Shown piece after piece: positions 41,213 through 50,190 of a stretch of 64,000 nt of DNA (positions within the stretch are counted from its first letter, which is position 1; each line of letters starts with the position of its first letter). The notes below the pieces were generated by a model. That model had not been told where the DNA came from. It was given only the letters and a program-made list of their open reading frames with translations, and searched no databases. Location: the IMG/VR virus record IMGVR_UViG_3300003890_000025, positions 1 through 64,000 of that record, one strand, 5' to 3'. Position numbers and translations under genes: made by a program. The DNA comes from a virus.

Positions 41213-41607
41213 ACTTTAAAATTCAATCTTTTATAAATATAGTTTTAATTTTTATTCTTATTAATCTTAATCAACACTGTAATAACACTGATAAAACACC
41301 GATAAAGCCACCAACGACAGAACCCAGTCCTACTCCAGAGCCTAAGCCTGAAGAAAATTTAGTAGCTAAAGGTAAAGCTATTTACCGTAGAAACTGTATT
41401 AGTTGTCATAATATTAACCCTAAGTTAGTTGGTTCTGTAGGGCCTGATTTATACGGGTCTAGCTTAGATTTATTAAGGTCTAAAGTTATATATGGAACTT
41501 ACCCAAAAGGCTATAAACCTAAACGTAATACTAAAATAATGCCTAAGTTCCCTAGTCTTGAACCTAATATAGAGGCTATAAAAGAGTTTCTAAATTCTGA
41601 TTTATAG
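41206..41607 (+). CDS. membrane-anchored class I c-type cytochrome
   Basis: GKAIY...CISCH haem motif, GPDL, distal Met in IMPKF; N-terminal anchor and Pro linker. Confidence 0.85.
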   Translation: MLNFKIQSFINIVLIFILINLNQHCNNTDKTPIKPPTTEPSPTPEPKPEENLVAKGKAIYRRNCISCHNINPKLVGSVGPDLYGSSLDLLRSKVIYGTYPKGYKPKRNTKIMPKFPSLEPNIEAIKEFLNSDL

Positions 41608-41639
41608 AAACAAATATTTTTTAGAGGTATAAAAATAAT

Positions 41640-42167
41640 ATGGCAGGCGAATTAGCAAAACTATTAAAAAATTTAATTAAAGTCGATGAGCAGGGTAGGT
41701 TAATGCATGATGCTAGAAAAGATTTACCTGAAGGTATCCCTGCTGATAAGCTGAGGCATATTTTACCTAGAGGAGTAGATTCTGGTGGTGCAGTAAATGA
41801 GTCTGAGAAGACTATGGCTCCTTTAGTAGAGTCCAATAAAATCGATGAAGAGTCTGTTCTTAGAGATATGAAAGAAAGAGGTGTTATATCAGAACAAGAC
41901 TTTGAAAGAATTAAATCTGCTTTAGGTAAAGATAATCAAGAGCTAGAAGCTATTAAATCAAAACCTACAGAAAATGTAGAATTAGCTCAAGAATCAGCTT
42001 TAACTGAAGAAGAAAACTTAGACGCTAGAGATAGTATTATAAATAACTTACGTAATATAGAGATAGATGATGAGTTATTAGAAGAAGACCCAGTAGCTAA
42101 AAGAAGGAGGCTATTGCGAGATAGGTTACTCAATAATACCTTTAAACCACCTATAGGTGAAGAGTAA
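41640..42167 (+). CDS. acidic late protein
   Basis: GAGGT RBS; late-promoter motif at 41608. Confidence 0.6.
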   Translation: MAGELAKLLKNLIKVDEQGRLMHDARKDLPEGIPADKLRHILPRGVDSGGAVNESEKTMAPLVESNKIDEESVLRDMKERGVISEQDFERIKSALGKDNQELEAIKSKPTENVELAQESALTEEENLDARDSIINNLRNIEIDDELLEEDPVAKRRRLLRDRLLNNTFKPPIGEE

Positions 42168-42258
42168 TGAGTCTTTTACTAATTCAATTATATAATATAA
42201 ACTAAAGACTATAGTAGTTAAGGTTAATATAATCAATAATAACGCTAATAAAGGCGCT

Positions 42259-43158
42259 CTAATCATCATTAGTACTATCAAATGTTGAGTAATAGTCTTC
42301 ATTTTCTTCTTCATCTTCCTTTGTATAATTTTTTAATCTTTCTATAGCTTCTTCTAACACTAAATCAAAACATTTAACACTTATAATTAAATCCTTTATT
42401 TTATCTATAGTAAAATTATGTGTCTTAGTTACCCATTTGCTTAACTCTGTTTCGCTAATATCAGGCATTTTATGCTTTAAATAAGCTTCTCTAGCTTTTT
42501 CTGTTAAAGGACCTATTTCTATAACAGTAGCGAACCTACTAGGTCTACTAACTAAATTCTTAGGTATACGGTCTATATAGTTAGTAGTAGCTATATATAC
42601 TACGTTATCTAGTTGTAATTCACCGTCTAATAGAGCTAAAAACCTACTATTATTAACGTAATAATGGAAATCCTCCCAAATAACTACTATAGTTAGACTA
42701 GGTTGAACTATTCTGAGTTTAGTTATTAAGTTATAAAAATTATCAGGGTCAGGACTTAAAATACAAATACCTCCATTGTCAATAACAGTATTAGCTACTT
42801 TTAGTAGACATGAAGTCTTACCAGACCCCGCTGGGCCGTACATTAATATACCCCTTTTATATAGCATGCCGTATTGTTTATACTTTTCTTTTGTTTCAGG
42901 TCTAAAAAATTTATTTATCTCATTTATAACTTTATGAGATTGTGAATCAGGTAAGTCTAATAATTCTTCAGTCTGTATAGTTTTAGGACCCAAATGTAAC
43001 CCTATATGAGGTTTCTCCAATACCTCGTATACCCCTGGAGGTATTACCTCAGTAAATAAAGGCTTATTAGTAGGTGTTATATTACCACTAGGACTAATTG
43101 AAAACTCTGTATAAGTCTCTTTAATTAGTTTTACTTTATTTTTATTAAAAATACTCAT
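42259..43158 (-). CDS. AAA+ ATPase (BCS1/FtsH-like AAA module)
   Basis: RGILMYGPAGSGKT, Walker B VVIWED, ATTNY, SRPSRF arginine finger. Confidence 0.88.
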   Translation of the reverse strand: MSIFNKNKVKLIKETYTEFSISPSGNITPTNKPLFTEVIPPGVYEVLEKPHIGLHLGPKTIQTEELLDLPDSQSHKVINEINKFFRPETKEKYKQYGMLYKRGILMYGPAGSGKTSCLLKVANTVIDNGGICILSPDPDNFYNLITKLRIVQPSLTIVVIWEDFHYYVNNSRFLALLDGELQLDNVVYIATTNYIDRIPKNLVSRPSRFATVIEIGPLTEKAREAYLKHKMPDISETELSKWVTKTHNFTIDKIKDLIISVKCFDLVLEEAIERLKNYTKEDEEENEDYYSTFDSTNDD

Positions 43159-43211
43159 AGACTATATAATACCCCTATAATAGGAATTATAACTCTTTTA
43201 GTTTATCTAGT

Positions 43212-43490
43212 CTACTGTATTTTAATATATTTAGGACACCACTCACTGTGGTAGTTACTCCGTATACTAGCAGCACCACATTCACATTTTACTTCACCCT
43301 TATTAAAATATAAACTGTAATTAGCTTTAAGGTCACTAAAACTAACTAATTTAGTACTTTTAAAGTAAGTCCTATTACCAGTTATAGTAACGTAATCAGT
43401 AGAGTAGTCTATTTTATCAACTACCCAAGCATCACCTACTGAGTCATATATAATACTACCTACTCTAATTTCATAAAGGTTAATTGCCAT
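43212..43490 (-). CDS. hypothetical protein with C-terminal CECG...H...C zinc motif
   Basis: Motif visible; late-promoter motif upstream. Confidence 0.55.
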   Translation of the reverse strand: MAINLYEIRVGSIIYDSVGDAWVVDKIDYSTDYVTITGNRTYFKSTKLVSFSDLKANYSLYFNKGEVKCECGAASIRSNYHSEWCPKYIKIQ

Positions 43491-43934
43491 TACGTAAATA
43501 TTTGTTTTACGTTTACTAGCACTTTAAACCTAGTTACTCAATTATAAACTAACCTACTCTACTTACTTATATAACTTACAAAATAACCTAATCCATAACT
43601 AGTTATTTATTAGCTAGTACTAAGTCTATTAGTTACTCAATATAATTTAAAACCTTACCACCTAGTACTAGTCTTAGACCTAATACTAAACTTAGCTTTA
43701 AACGCTTTTAAAAGCTCTATAAGCTTTTTAAATAGGTGTACGTGTAGGGTAGTAGCCTAACACTAGTCTAAACTCTTATAAAGGCTTTAAAACAGTTATA
43801 GCTAGTATAGTCTATTTATAGTTACTCGTTGGTTAGGTTAGCTGCTGGGAGGTTACTCGGGTGGAGGAGGGGAGAGTGAGTGTGTGGGAAGCCCCCGACC
43901 GAGCCCCCTCGACGTCCCCTGGGGGGAGGGGGGT
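43491..43934. other. non-coding strand-switch region: putative genome terminus/pac or origin
   Basis: No ORFs; GTTACTC repeats; G-run island at 43845-43933; genes diverge on either side. Confidence 0.45.
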
Positions 43935-44067
43935 TGCAATAATCATGCCAAAATGTTAGGCATGACTTTTGCTACTGCAATAATCGTGCCAGTTAATTGG
44001 CATAGTTCTTGCTATAGCAATTATAATGCCTAAGAATAGCTGTTGGTCCATTGGCCCATTTCTTGCT
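43935..44067. promoter_or_regulatory. array of six sigma54 -24/-12 boxes in alternating orientation
   Basis: Each matches WGGC-N7-TTGCW with exact GG-N10-GC spacing. Confidence 0.8.
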
Positions 44068-44120
44068 AATGACCCATATATATATTTATATAAGTTTAAA
44101 TTATTAATTTATTTATAAAG

Positions 44121-44263
44121 TGTTTAAACTTTAGACAGAGTGTCTAAAAGTTAATAGCTTAATAATAATCCATAGTTAGCTTAAACTGTCTAAAAGTTAG
44201 TCTAGTTTTTAAAATAGCTAGGTCTGTTTTATCAAGGACTTAGCTAGTGGCACAGGCTATGCA
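44121..44263 (+). promoter_or_regulatory. sigma54 promoter with IHF site and enhancer-like repeats
   Basis: TGGCACAGGCTATGCA 44248-44263; TATCAAGGACTTA 44230-44242 matches WATCAANNNNTTR; TGTCTAAAAGTTA repeats upstream. Confidence 0.7.
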
Positions 44264-44308
44264 TTAGTTAAAGTGTAGACTGAACGGTTACTAAAGAGAG
44301 GTGTTAAT

Positions 44309-44530
44309 ATGCTTTCTATGTTTATTGAAGAATATCAAGACCTATCGACAGGGGATTGGTATAGAGCTTACGTAGACGTATGGTCTAATAGACTAGGCTA
44401 TAAAGAGCTAGACGTTAGTAGCGTGGAGAAGTATATACACGGTATGTGGGTTAGGGTGTTAGAAGTACCTGACCACGTTAAAGACGGGCTCTTAGAGACT
44501 GCCGTATTTAAATATGAAAATAGAGTTTAG
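44309..44530 (+). CDS. early hypothetical protein
   Basis: GAGGTG RBS. Confidence 0.6.
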   Translation: MLSMFIEEYQDLSTGDWYRAYVDVWSNRLGYKELDVSSVEKYIHGMWVRVLEVPDHVKDGLLETAVFKYENRV

Positions 44531-44573
44531 TCATTAAAGGTTTTATTTTGGTCATTTAAAAGGAGGTATATAT

Positions 44574-44705
44574 ATGGATAGAGTTTTAAACGTAATCTTA
44601 ATAATAGCAGCCACTGTGGCTATATATAGCACTGTAATGGCTTTTAAAGAGTTTGACCCTCATCAAGTAGCACTAGATTTATTAAGTATACGAGAGGGGA
44701 GGTAA
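44574..44705 (+). CDS. 43-aa single-TM protein (not in ORF track)
   Basis: AAGGAGGT RBS; MDRVLNVILIIAATVAIYSTVMAF... Confidence 0.6.
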   Translation: MDRVLNVILIIAATVAIYSTVMAFKEFDPHQVALDLLSIREGR

Positions 44706-44712
44706 TATATAT

Positions 44713-44916
44713 ATGAATAAATTAGAGGATATTAGTTCTAGGTCTACTAAAGAACTAAGTTTAATAGTGTTTAATACGGAAGAGCTGTATAAAAATAGGT
44801 TTAACTTGCCCGTTCTGTTTAAACTACTAGACAGTAGGTATATATATACCACTAGTCAATTAAGTATACTACTAAAAGACTTGTATATAGATTTCTTTGA
44901 AATAGACCCTAAGTAG
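44713..44916 (+). CDS. early hypothetical protein
   Basis: GGAGGT RBS. Confidence 0.6.
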   Translation: MNKLEDISSRSTKELSLIVFNTEELYKNRFNLPVLFKLLDSRYIYTTSQLSILLKDLYIDFFEIDPK

Positions 44917-45010
44917 AGTAACTCCTAAAAAAGGGGTATAATGAGCTAAAAAGAGCTAAAAATAGGAGAATACTATATAGCTCTCTAACATGTATAGAAA
45001 GGGGTGTTTT

Positions 45011-45100
45011 ATGAGACTGGCTTTGATAGTGGCGGCTTGGTGGTGGATGCCTTGGTTTCTAGCCCTCCCCATCACCTTCTTCCTACTTTCCGAAGAATGA
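45011..45100 (+). CDS. 29-aa hydrophobic peptide (not in ORF track)
   Basis: AAGGGGTG RBS; MRLALIVAAWWWMPWFLALPITFFLLSEE. Confidence 0.55.
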   Translation: MRLALIVAAWWWMPWFLALPITFFLLSEE

Positions 45101-45309
45101 TCAATTATATTAAATACTTAACACTAAGTAAGACTTTTTACAGCACCTTAACTTAGTGACATAACACTAAAGCGGTACGTATAATAAATTACACTATAAT
45201 GTACCATATATGTTAATATATATTAACCTATATTACTATATATATTAATAATATATTTATATTATAAAGACTTATAGACTTATTATAATAAATTTAATAT
45301 AAATATGTA

Positions 45310-45338
45310 TTGACTATACTTAAATATATAGGTATAAT
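45310..45338 (+). promoter_or_regulatory. strong sigma70 early promoter
   Basis: TTGACT-17-TATAAT with an AT-rich UP region. Confidence 0.8.
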
Positions 45339-45382
45339 CAATTTTTAAATGTAGTCGCTTTTTAAGAAAGGAGCTTAAGAAA

Positions 45383-45724
45383 ATGTTAACCTACTCTAAA
45401 TGTAAGGATTTATTAGGCGTTAAAGATAAAATAAAATTAGAACGTAATACTTACCTCATTAAAAACTTAGAAGGAAATACTATAGTTTTTAAAGTGAAGT
45501 TTTATAGTACAAATATTTTAACCATTTATGATAACGGTTTTTTTAAATATAACACAAACAGGTGGTTTACTGTTTCGACTAAGGCCAGATTGAATAGGTA
45601 CGGTCCGGTTAAGGTTTACCAAAAAAATAAAATATGGTACATAAACGGAATACCGTTTAAAGATAATTTGATATATGATTCTATAAATAATAATTTAGAA
45701 TTAACTAACTATAAGGGAGTTTAA
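45383..45724 (+). CDS. early hypothetical protein
   Basis: AAGGAG RBS; W.T..TK.RLN motif. Confidence 0.65.
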   Translation: MLTYSKCKDLLGVKDKIKLERNTYLIKNLEGNTIVFKVKFYSTNILTIYDNGFFKYNTNRWFTVSTKARLNRYGPVKVYQKNKIWYINGIPFKDNLIYDSINNNLELTNYKGV

Positions 45725-45727
45725 ATT

Positions 45728-45880
45728 ATGAGAATTTTTCATATATTTTCAAAAACAAGGCATAGACATTTGAGGGTTTACTTAGGTGAAATCCGAGCAG
45801 ATACTCTATTTGAAGCAATGAAAAAAGCTCAATTAGTATTTCAAAAGTCTATACACGACCTAGATTTAATAGAGCTTTAA
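45728..45880 (+). CDS. 50-aa hypothetical protein (not in ORF track)
   Basis: GGGAG RBS; open frame. Confidence 0.45.
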   Translation: MRIFHIFSKTRHRHLRVYLGEIRADTLFEAMKKAQLVFQKSIHDLDLIEL

Positions 45881-46079
45881 TAATTATGGAACTTTTAGAA
45901 AAATTATTATTAATAGGGTTTAATATAATATTAATATTAGGAGGGATTTTATGTCGGATTGGTCAATGAGGTTACTTTTAAATAAAATAGACTTAGATAA
46001 TACTATAGCTATAATTATACCTAACTTTTGTTGTGTTTTTATAAACAAAAACAGTAACTTAGAAGTATAGAGGTGTTTT

Positions 46080-47372
46080 ATGAATAATAATAATAATAAT
46101 GATTTAGATAGAATAGTGGTTGGTGATCGAGTATATTTAGAAAACAAAATCGGTCTAGAAGAACGACTCATAGAACATTTAACGCGAAGTGATTATTTAA
46201 TTGTAACTGATATCAGAAATAACCTTTGCGATATAGTTACCCCGAACGGGACAAAAATAAACATTTTATTTTTACACAGATTTAAAAAAATACCTTCACT
46301 TAAAATTAATGAAGATACAAAAATTGTGTTAGAAAACAATAGGTTAAAATTAATTACTAATAAAGAACACCTTTCAAGAAAAATTAACAAAAAACAGCAA
46401 CTATTAATTAATGATTCGTTAAAGTATGGAAATAATTATGCTTTATCATTTTTTGGTCATAAATTAATAAATCAAACATGGAAGATACTTATAGATAAAT
46501 ACAAAGATAAATCCGTTCTAAATAATATACCTCTAGCTACAGATGTAGAGGTACCTCCTATCTGCTACAGACCAACTAACGTCTTTTTATCTTTACAAAA
46601 GACGCTATACAATCCGCTCAGTGAAAAAAGACCGATTGGAAAGGATTTTGGACGTTACTTTGGAGTAGAAATCGAATGTTTCATACCTAATAAAAACTTC
46701 GACCAAATAGCTGAATTGTTAAGATCAAATAAAATAAAGAACGTCTCTCTTGCCAGAGATGGTTCTTTAAGCATTGACAAAGATTATTGGACTCCTGTCG
46801 AATTCAGAGTTTTAACAAAAATAAATGATTTTAATAATTTAGAAAAGTTATTGGATTTATTAAACTCTTGGGGTGCAGAGGTCAATAGTACTTGCGGGCT
46901 ACACGTGCACCTAGATATGAGGCACCTAAAAAGTAAAGTCTCGGTTAAGAAGAGAGCTGAAAAATTGTTAAAATTTTTACCAATGCTCAAGGCGATGGTA
47001 CCTAAAAGTCGTATTGAAAACGAATTCTGTAAACTTGATATAAGCAGTTTTGGAAATAGGTACGCAGCTATAAACCTGGAATCTTTTAAAAAACATAAAA
47101 CCATTGAAGTACGACTTCACAGTGGGACTATTGATAAAACCAAAATCATTAACTGGTGCAAGTTATTGTATATTATAATTAATTCAAAAATTGATAAATT
47201 TTATGATTTTGATTATAACATCACGAAAGCTTGTAAAATGTTAAAATTAAGTCAAGAATTGGAATTTTATGTTCGTTCTAGAATCCGAAAATTCAAGCCA
47301 ATTCTTTTAGAAGTAGACCAGTTAAAAAATCAACCAAATCAGCCAATAGTACAACCTCACAATTCATTATAA
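46080..47372 (+). CDS. putative amidoligase (COOH-NH2 ligase family)
   Basis: FGVEIE, DGSL, CGLHVH, RY.AIN, TIEVRLHSGT. Confidence 0.85.
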   Translation: MNNNNNNDLDRIVVGDRVYLENKIGLEERLIEHLTRSDYLIVTDIRNNLCDIVTPNGTKINILFLHRFKKIPSLKINEDTKIVLENNRLKLITNKEHLSRKINKKQQLLINDSLKYGNNYALSFFGHKLINQTWKILIDKYKDKSVLNNIPLATDVEVPPICYRPTNVFLSLQKTLYNPLSEKRPIGKDFGRYFGVEIECFIPNKNFDQIAELLRSNKIKNVSLARDGSLSIDKDYWTPVEFRVLTKINDFNNLEKLLDLLNSWGAEVNSTCGLHVHLDMRHLKSKVSVKKRAEKLLKFLPMLKAMVPKSRIENEFCKLDISSFGNRYAAINLESFKKHKTIEVRLHSGTIDKTKIINWCKLLYIIINSKIDKFYDFDYNITKACKMLKLSQELEFYVRSRIRKFKPILLEVDQLKNQPNQPIVQPHNSL

Positions 47373-47399
47373 GCCGTTAGAAAGAAAGGACATAAAAAC

Positions 47400-48305
47400 A
47401 TGTGTAAAATTTTTGCAATGTCAAATACTAGTAAGTTAACCAGAAAAAATTTCATAAATTTACTAAGAATAGTTCATCCAATTATAACACATTCTGAAGT
47501 AGATGGTTTTGGGTGGGCAGTTCTAGGTGAATCAGGTATTTACGGAGAAAAATATATCAATCCGACGGAATTTGACTTCAGAATTTTTAATAATGTTAAG
47601 GAAAATAAAATACTAAAAGAATTAATAAAAGAAGAGGCATCTTCATTTGGCCAGGCATCTAAACCGATAGGGCCGCTTTTAATCCACGGCAGAACTAGTA
47701 CAAATGACAAAACATTAACAAACACGCATCCATTTATTAAAAATAATTGGACATTGATTCACAATGGAGTAGTAGATAATCTTGGAGAAACGTATATTAT
47801 GGATTCTACTTGCGATTCGGAGCACCTTATACATTATCTTTCGTCAGGTGGAATAGAATCTATTGAAAAATACGTCAGTGGTTATTACGCCGTGGCAGCT
47901 ATTGACCCTAACGGAAACTTGCATGTATTTAAAGACGACATAGCATCACTCTATGTAGCTTATATAAAAACTATTGATAGCTTTATTTTCTCTACCACAA
48001 AGGACATGATTTCAATAACTTGTAAGAAAATGAAATGGGAATACACAGAAATAAATCCCATGAAAGGTAATTTTTATATGGTTATAAATAAAGAAAATGA
48101 ATTATTATATAGTAGGAAAATAAAACCTTTGAAAGTTTATTACGACTCTACTAGACAAAAAGCGTCAATAGCCTTTAAGGGCAGTGTAGACACAATACTA
48201 TCAGAGTCTATAAATGAAACTCATCACTTAAGTAGATTGTCTTTAAGAGATTTTGAAGACACAGCCTACTACACAACAGACAACTTTAATAAAAATAAAA
48301 CATAG
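47400..48305 (+). CDS. class II (Ntn) glutamine amidotransferase
   Basis: Cys2 (MCKI), DGFG, HGRTST, NTHPF, HNG, DSE. Confidence 0.88.
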   Translation: MCKIFAMSNTSKLTRKNFINLLRIVHPIITHSEVDGFGWAVLGESGIYGEKYINPTEFDFRIFNNVKENKILKELIKEEASSFGQASKPIGPLLIHGRTSTNDKTLTNTHPFIKNNWTLIHNGVVDNLGETYIMDSTCDSEHLIHYLSSGGIESIEKYVSGYYAVAAIDPNGNLHVFKDDIASLYVAYIKTIDSFIFSTTKDMISITCKKMKWEYTEINPMKGNFYMVINKENELLYSRKIKPLKVYYDSTRQKASIAFKGSVDTILSESINETHHLSRLSLRDFEDTAYYTTDNFNKNKT

Positions 48306-48313
48306 GTTAAATT

Positions 48314-49396
48314 ATGTTCAAAAGAATTAAAACTAATATAGATAATAACTTATTAAAAACACTGGCTGCGAAGTTAAATAGGTGTTTAAATAATTTAAAT
48401 AAAAACCAAGTTGATCATAATAAAGATTTAATAGAAATAGCTGACTTAGTACAAAAAGTTATCTATGAATTTGAAAAAATAGAGAAGGAGTTAGACAATG
48501 TATATTATAAGCACAAAATCAAAGAATAAACTACTAAAAGAATTCATATCATATTTTAATAGAAAATTCATGAGGGATTCAGAAGAAGAAGATAAGAATT
48601 GGGTAGAATATTATTATTTGACCAAACTTATTGAATATATAGAAACTTTAGAAGAAAATGGAGGTAAAACTAATGAAAATTTTAAGTAGATTTGTAGCTT
48701 ATTTATATTTTATCATGGTTATAATCGTGATTATATTAAGCATGCCTGTAATACTATTTAAAAGTCATAACAAGAGAAAAGGTAAGGTATGACACAAAAA
48801 GAAATAAAGTCTTGTATAGTCGATGATAAATATCTTGTAAAAAAGATTAAAAATGGCTCTTATAGAGTATTTAATATCGACCGTGGGGATATAGTAGCTG
48901 ATTTCCCTGTCTTCCCTATACTAGACCCATCTTCTAAAATTGAAGTCATAGAATTTGAAGATTATGAAGAAGTCAATAAAATTAAGTGTTTGTGTGATAT
49001 TATCGTTTTACTAAACAATGGCTGTAAATGTGGAGCCATAGAAAAAGAAAGGACATTTAAATGAATTATAATTTTCCAAATAACATTGATTTAAAAAAGA
49101 AATTAGGTAAAATACAGCCTGAAGTATGGAATAAATACGTATTTAAATTTAAAGGAAATTTTCTTATACACGATGAGGTTATAACGGAGGACGCAGTTAT
49201 AGCAAAAACACAAGAAGCGGCTGAACGTATTTTATTTAAGAGCCACGTAAACCTAACTAAAAAGTGCTTCTATTTGGACAGAGTAGAAGAGATAACATTA
49301 TTCGAGACACATAAGAGTACTGTTACTCCTAAAGAAGATATACTACTACATAATTTAGAAGATCAGTACAGTTCTAATGATGATGAGAATTATTAG
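48314..49396 (+). CDS. cluster of small hypothetical ORFs (48314-48529, 48498-48689, 48789-49064, 49061-49396)
   Basis: ORF track; closely packed with overlaps. Confidence 0.5.
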
Positions 49397-49640
49397 TAAA
49401 GTATATAGTTATATTAGTTTTTTTACAATAGGCTATAGAATAATTGATAGGAGTTTTAGTTATGTATAACAAAGGAATTCTACCAACACTTTCTGACAAC
49501 GAGCAAAGCCATTCTAACCGTTTTAGGGGGATGGGTTCACCAGATTCACTTAGAACATCAATTAACTCAAAGGAATCCGAATCAGTACCAATACTAAATA
49601 ATTCCTTTATAAAATCTGATTCTAAATCATCGTTTACCAT
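49374..49640 (-). CDS. hypothetical protein
   Basis: Late-promoter motif AAACAACT (49651-49658) just upstream favours the minus-strand ORF. Confidence 0.4.
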   Translation of the reverse strand: MVNDDLESDFIKELFSIGTDSDSFELIDVLSESGEPIPLKRLEWLCSLSESVGRIPLLYITKTPINYSIAYCKKTNITIYFTNNSHHH

Positions 49641-49686
49641 TTATAAATATAGTTGTTTTGTGTATGGAAAGGAAAGGAGTTAAGTT

Positions 49687-50190
49687 ATGACAAAATATAA
49701 TACCAGACACATTTCAAAAGTTTTAGTCACTATAATAGCAGTATTAATACATTTATTTTGGTACGTCAGTTTTAGTAAAGCAGCCAATGAAGTAAAACTA
49801 GATGAGTGTGCTCGTAAATTAGGCTTTAAACGCTCTATAAGCCTCTATAAGACGTTAATAGAGGTAGCTAATACCACTGACCTAGACCCTATTGATCTGT
49901 TAACTATAGCGATTTTAGAAAGTTCTATAAACCCTGAGGTCATAAGCTTTAACAAAAACCGTACCTATGACATAGGTTTACTAGGAGTCAATAGTAAATC
50001 TGCTGAACACTATTGCAAAGATTTAAATGTTTTCAATGAATACGACTCAATACTATGTGGAGCTAAAATATTGAAACGTAGACAAAAGACACAAGGTTTC
50101 ATGTGGCAAGGCTCTTACCACAGCTTTACTATGTCTAATAAAATAAATTATTATAATAAATTCATGAGGTTAAGAAATGCGTGTAGGTAA
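49687..50190 (+). CDS. lytic transglycosylase (SLT), N-terminal TM
   Basis: IAILESS catalytic Glu, DIGLLGVN, GSYHS. Confidence 0.8.
   Translation: MTKYNTRHISKVLVTIIAVLIHLFWYVSFSKAANEVKLDECARKLGFKRSISLYKTLIEVANTTDLDPIDLLTIAILESSINPEVISFNKNRTYDIGLLGVNSKSAEHYCKDLNVFNEYDSILCGAKILKRRQKTQGFMWQGSYHSFTMSNKINYYNKFMRLRNACR

Noticed and set aside
43935-44067. Mini-CRISPR array or simple tandem repeat
   Set aside because: Units alternate in orientation, only GGC and TTGC are conserved, and the gaps are 2-20 nt; there are no repeat-spacer units or cas genes.
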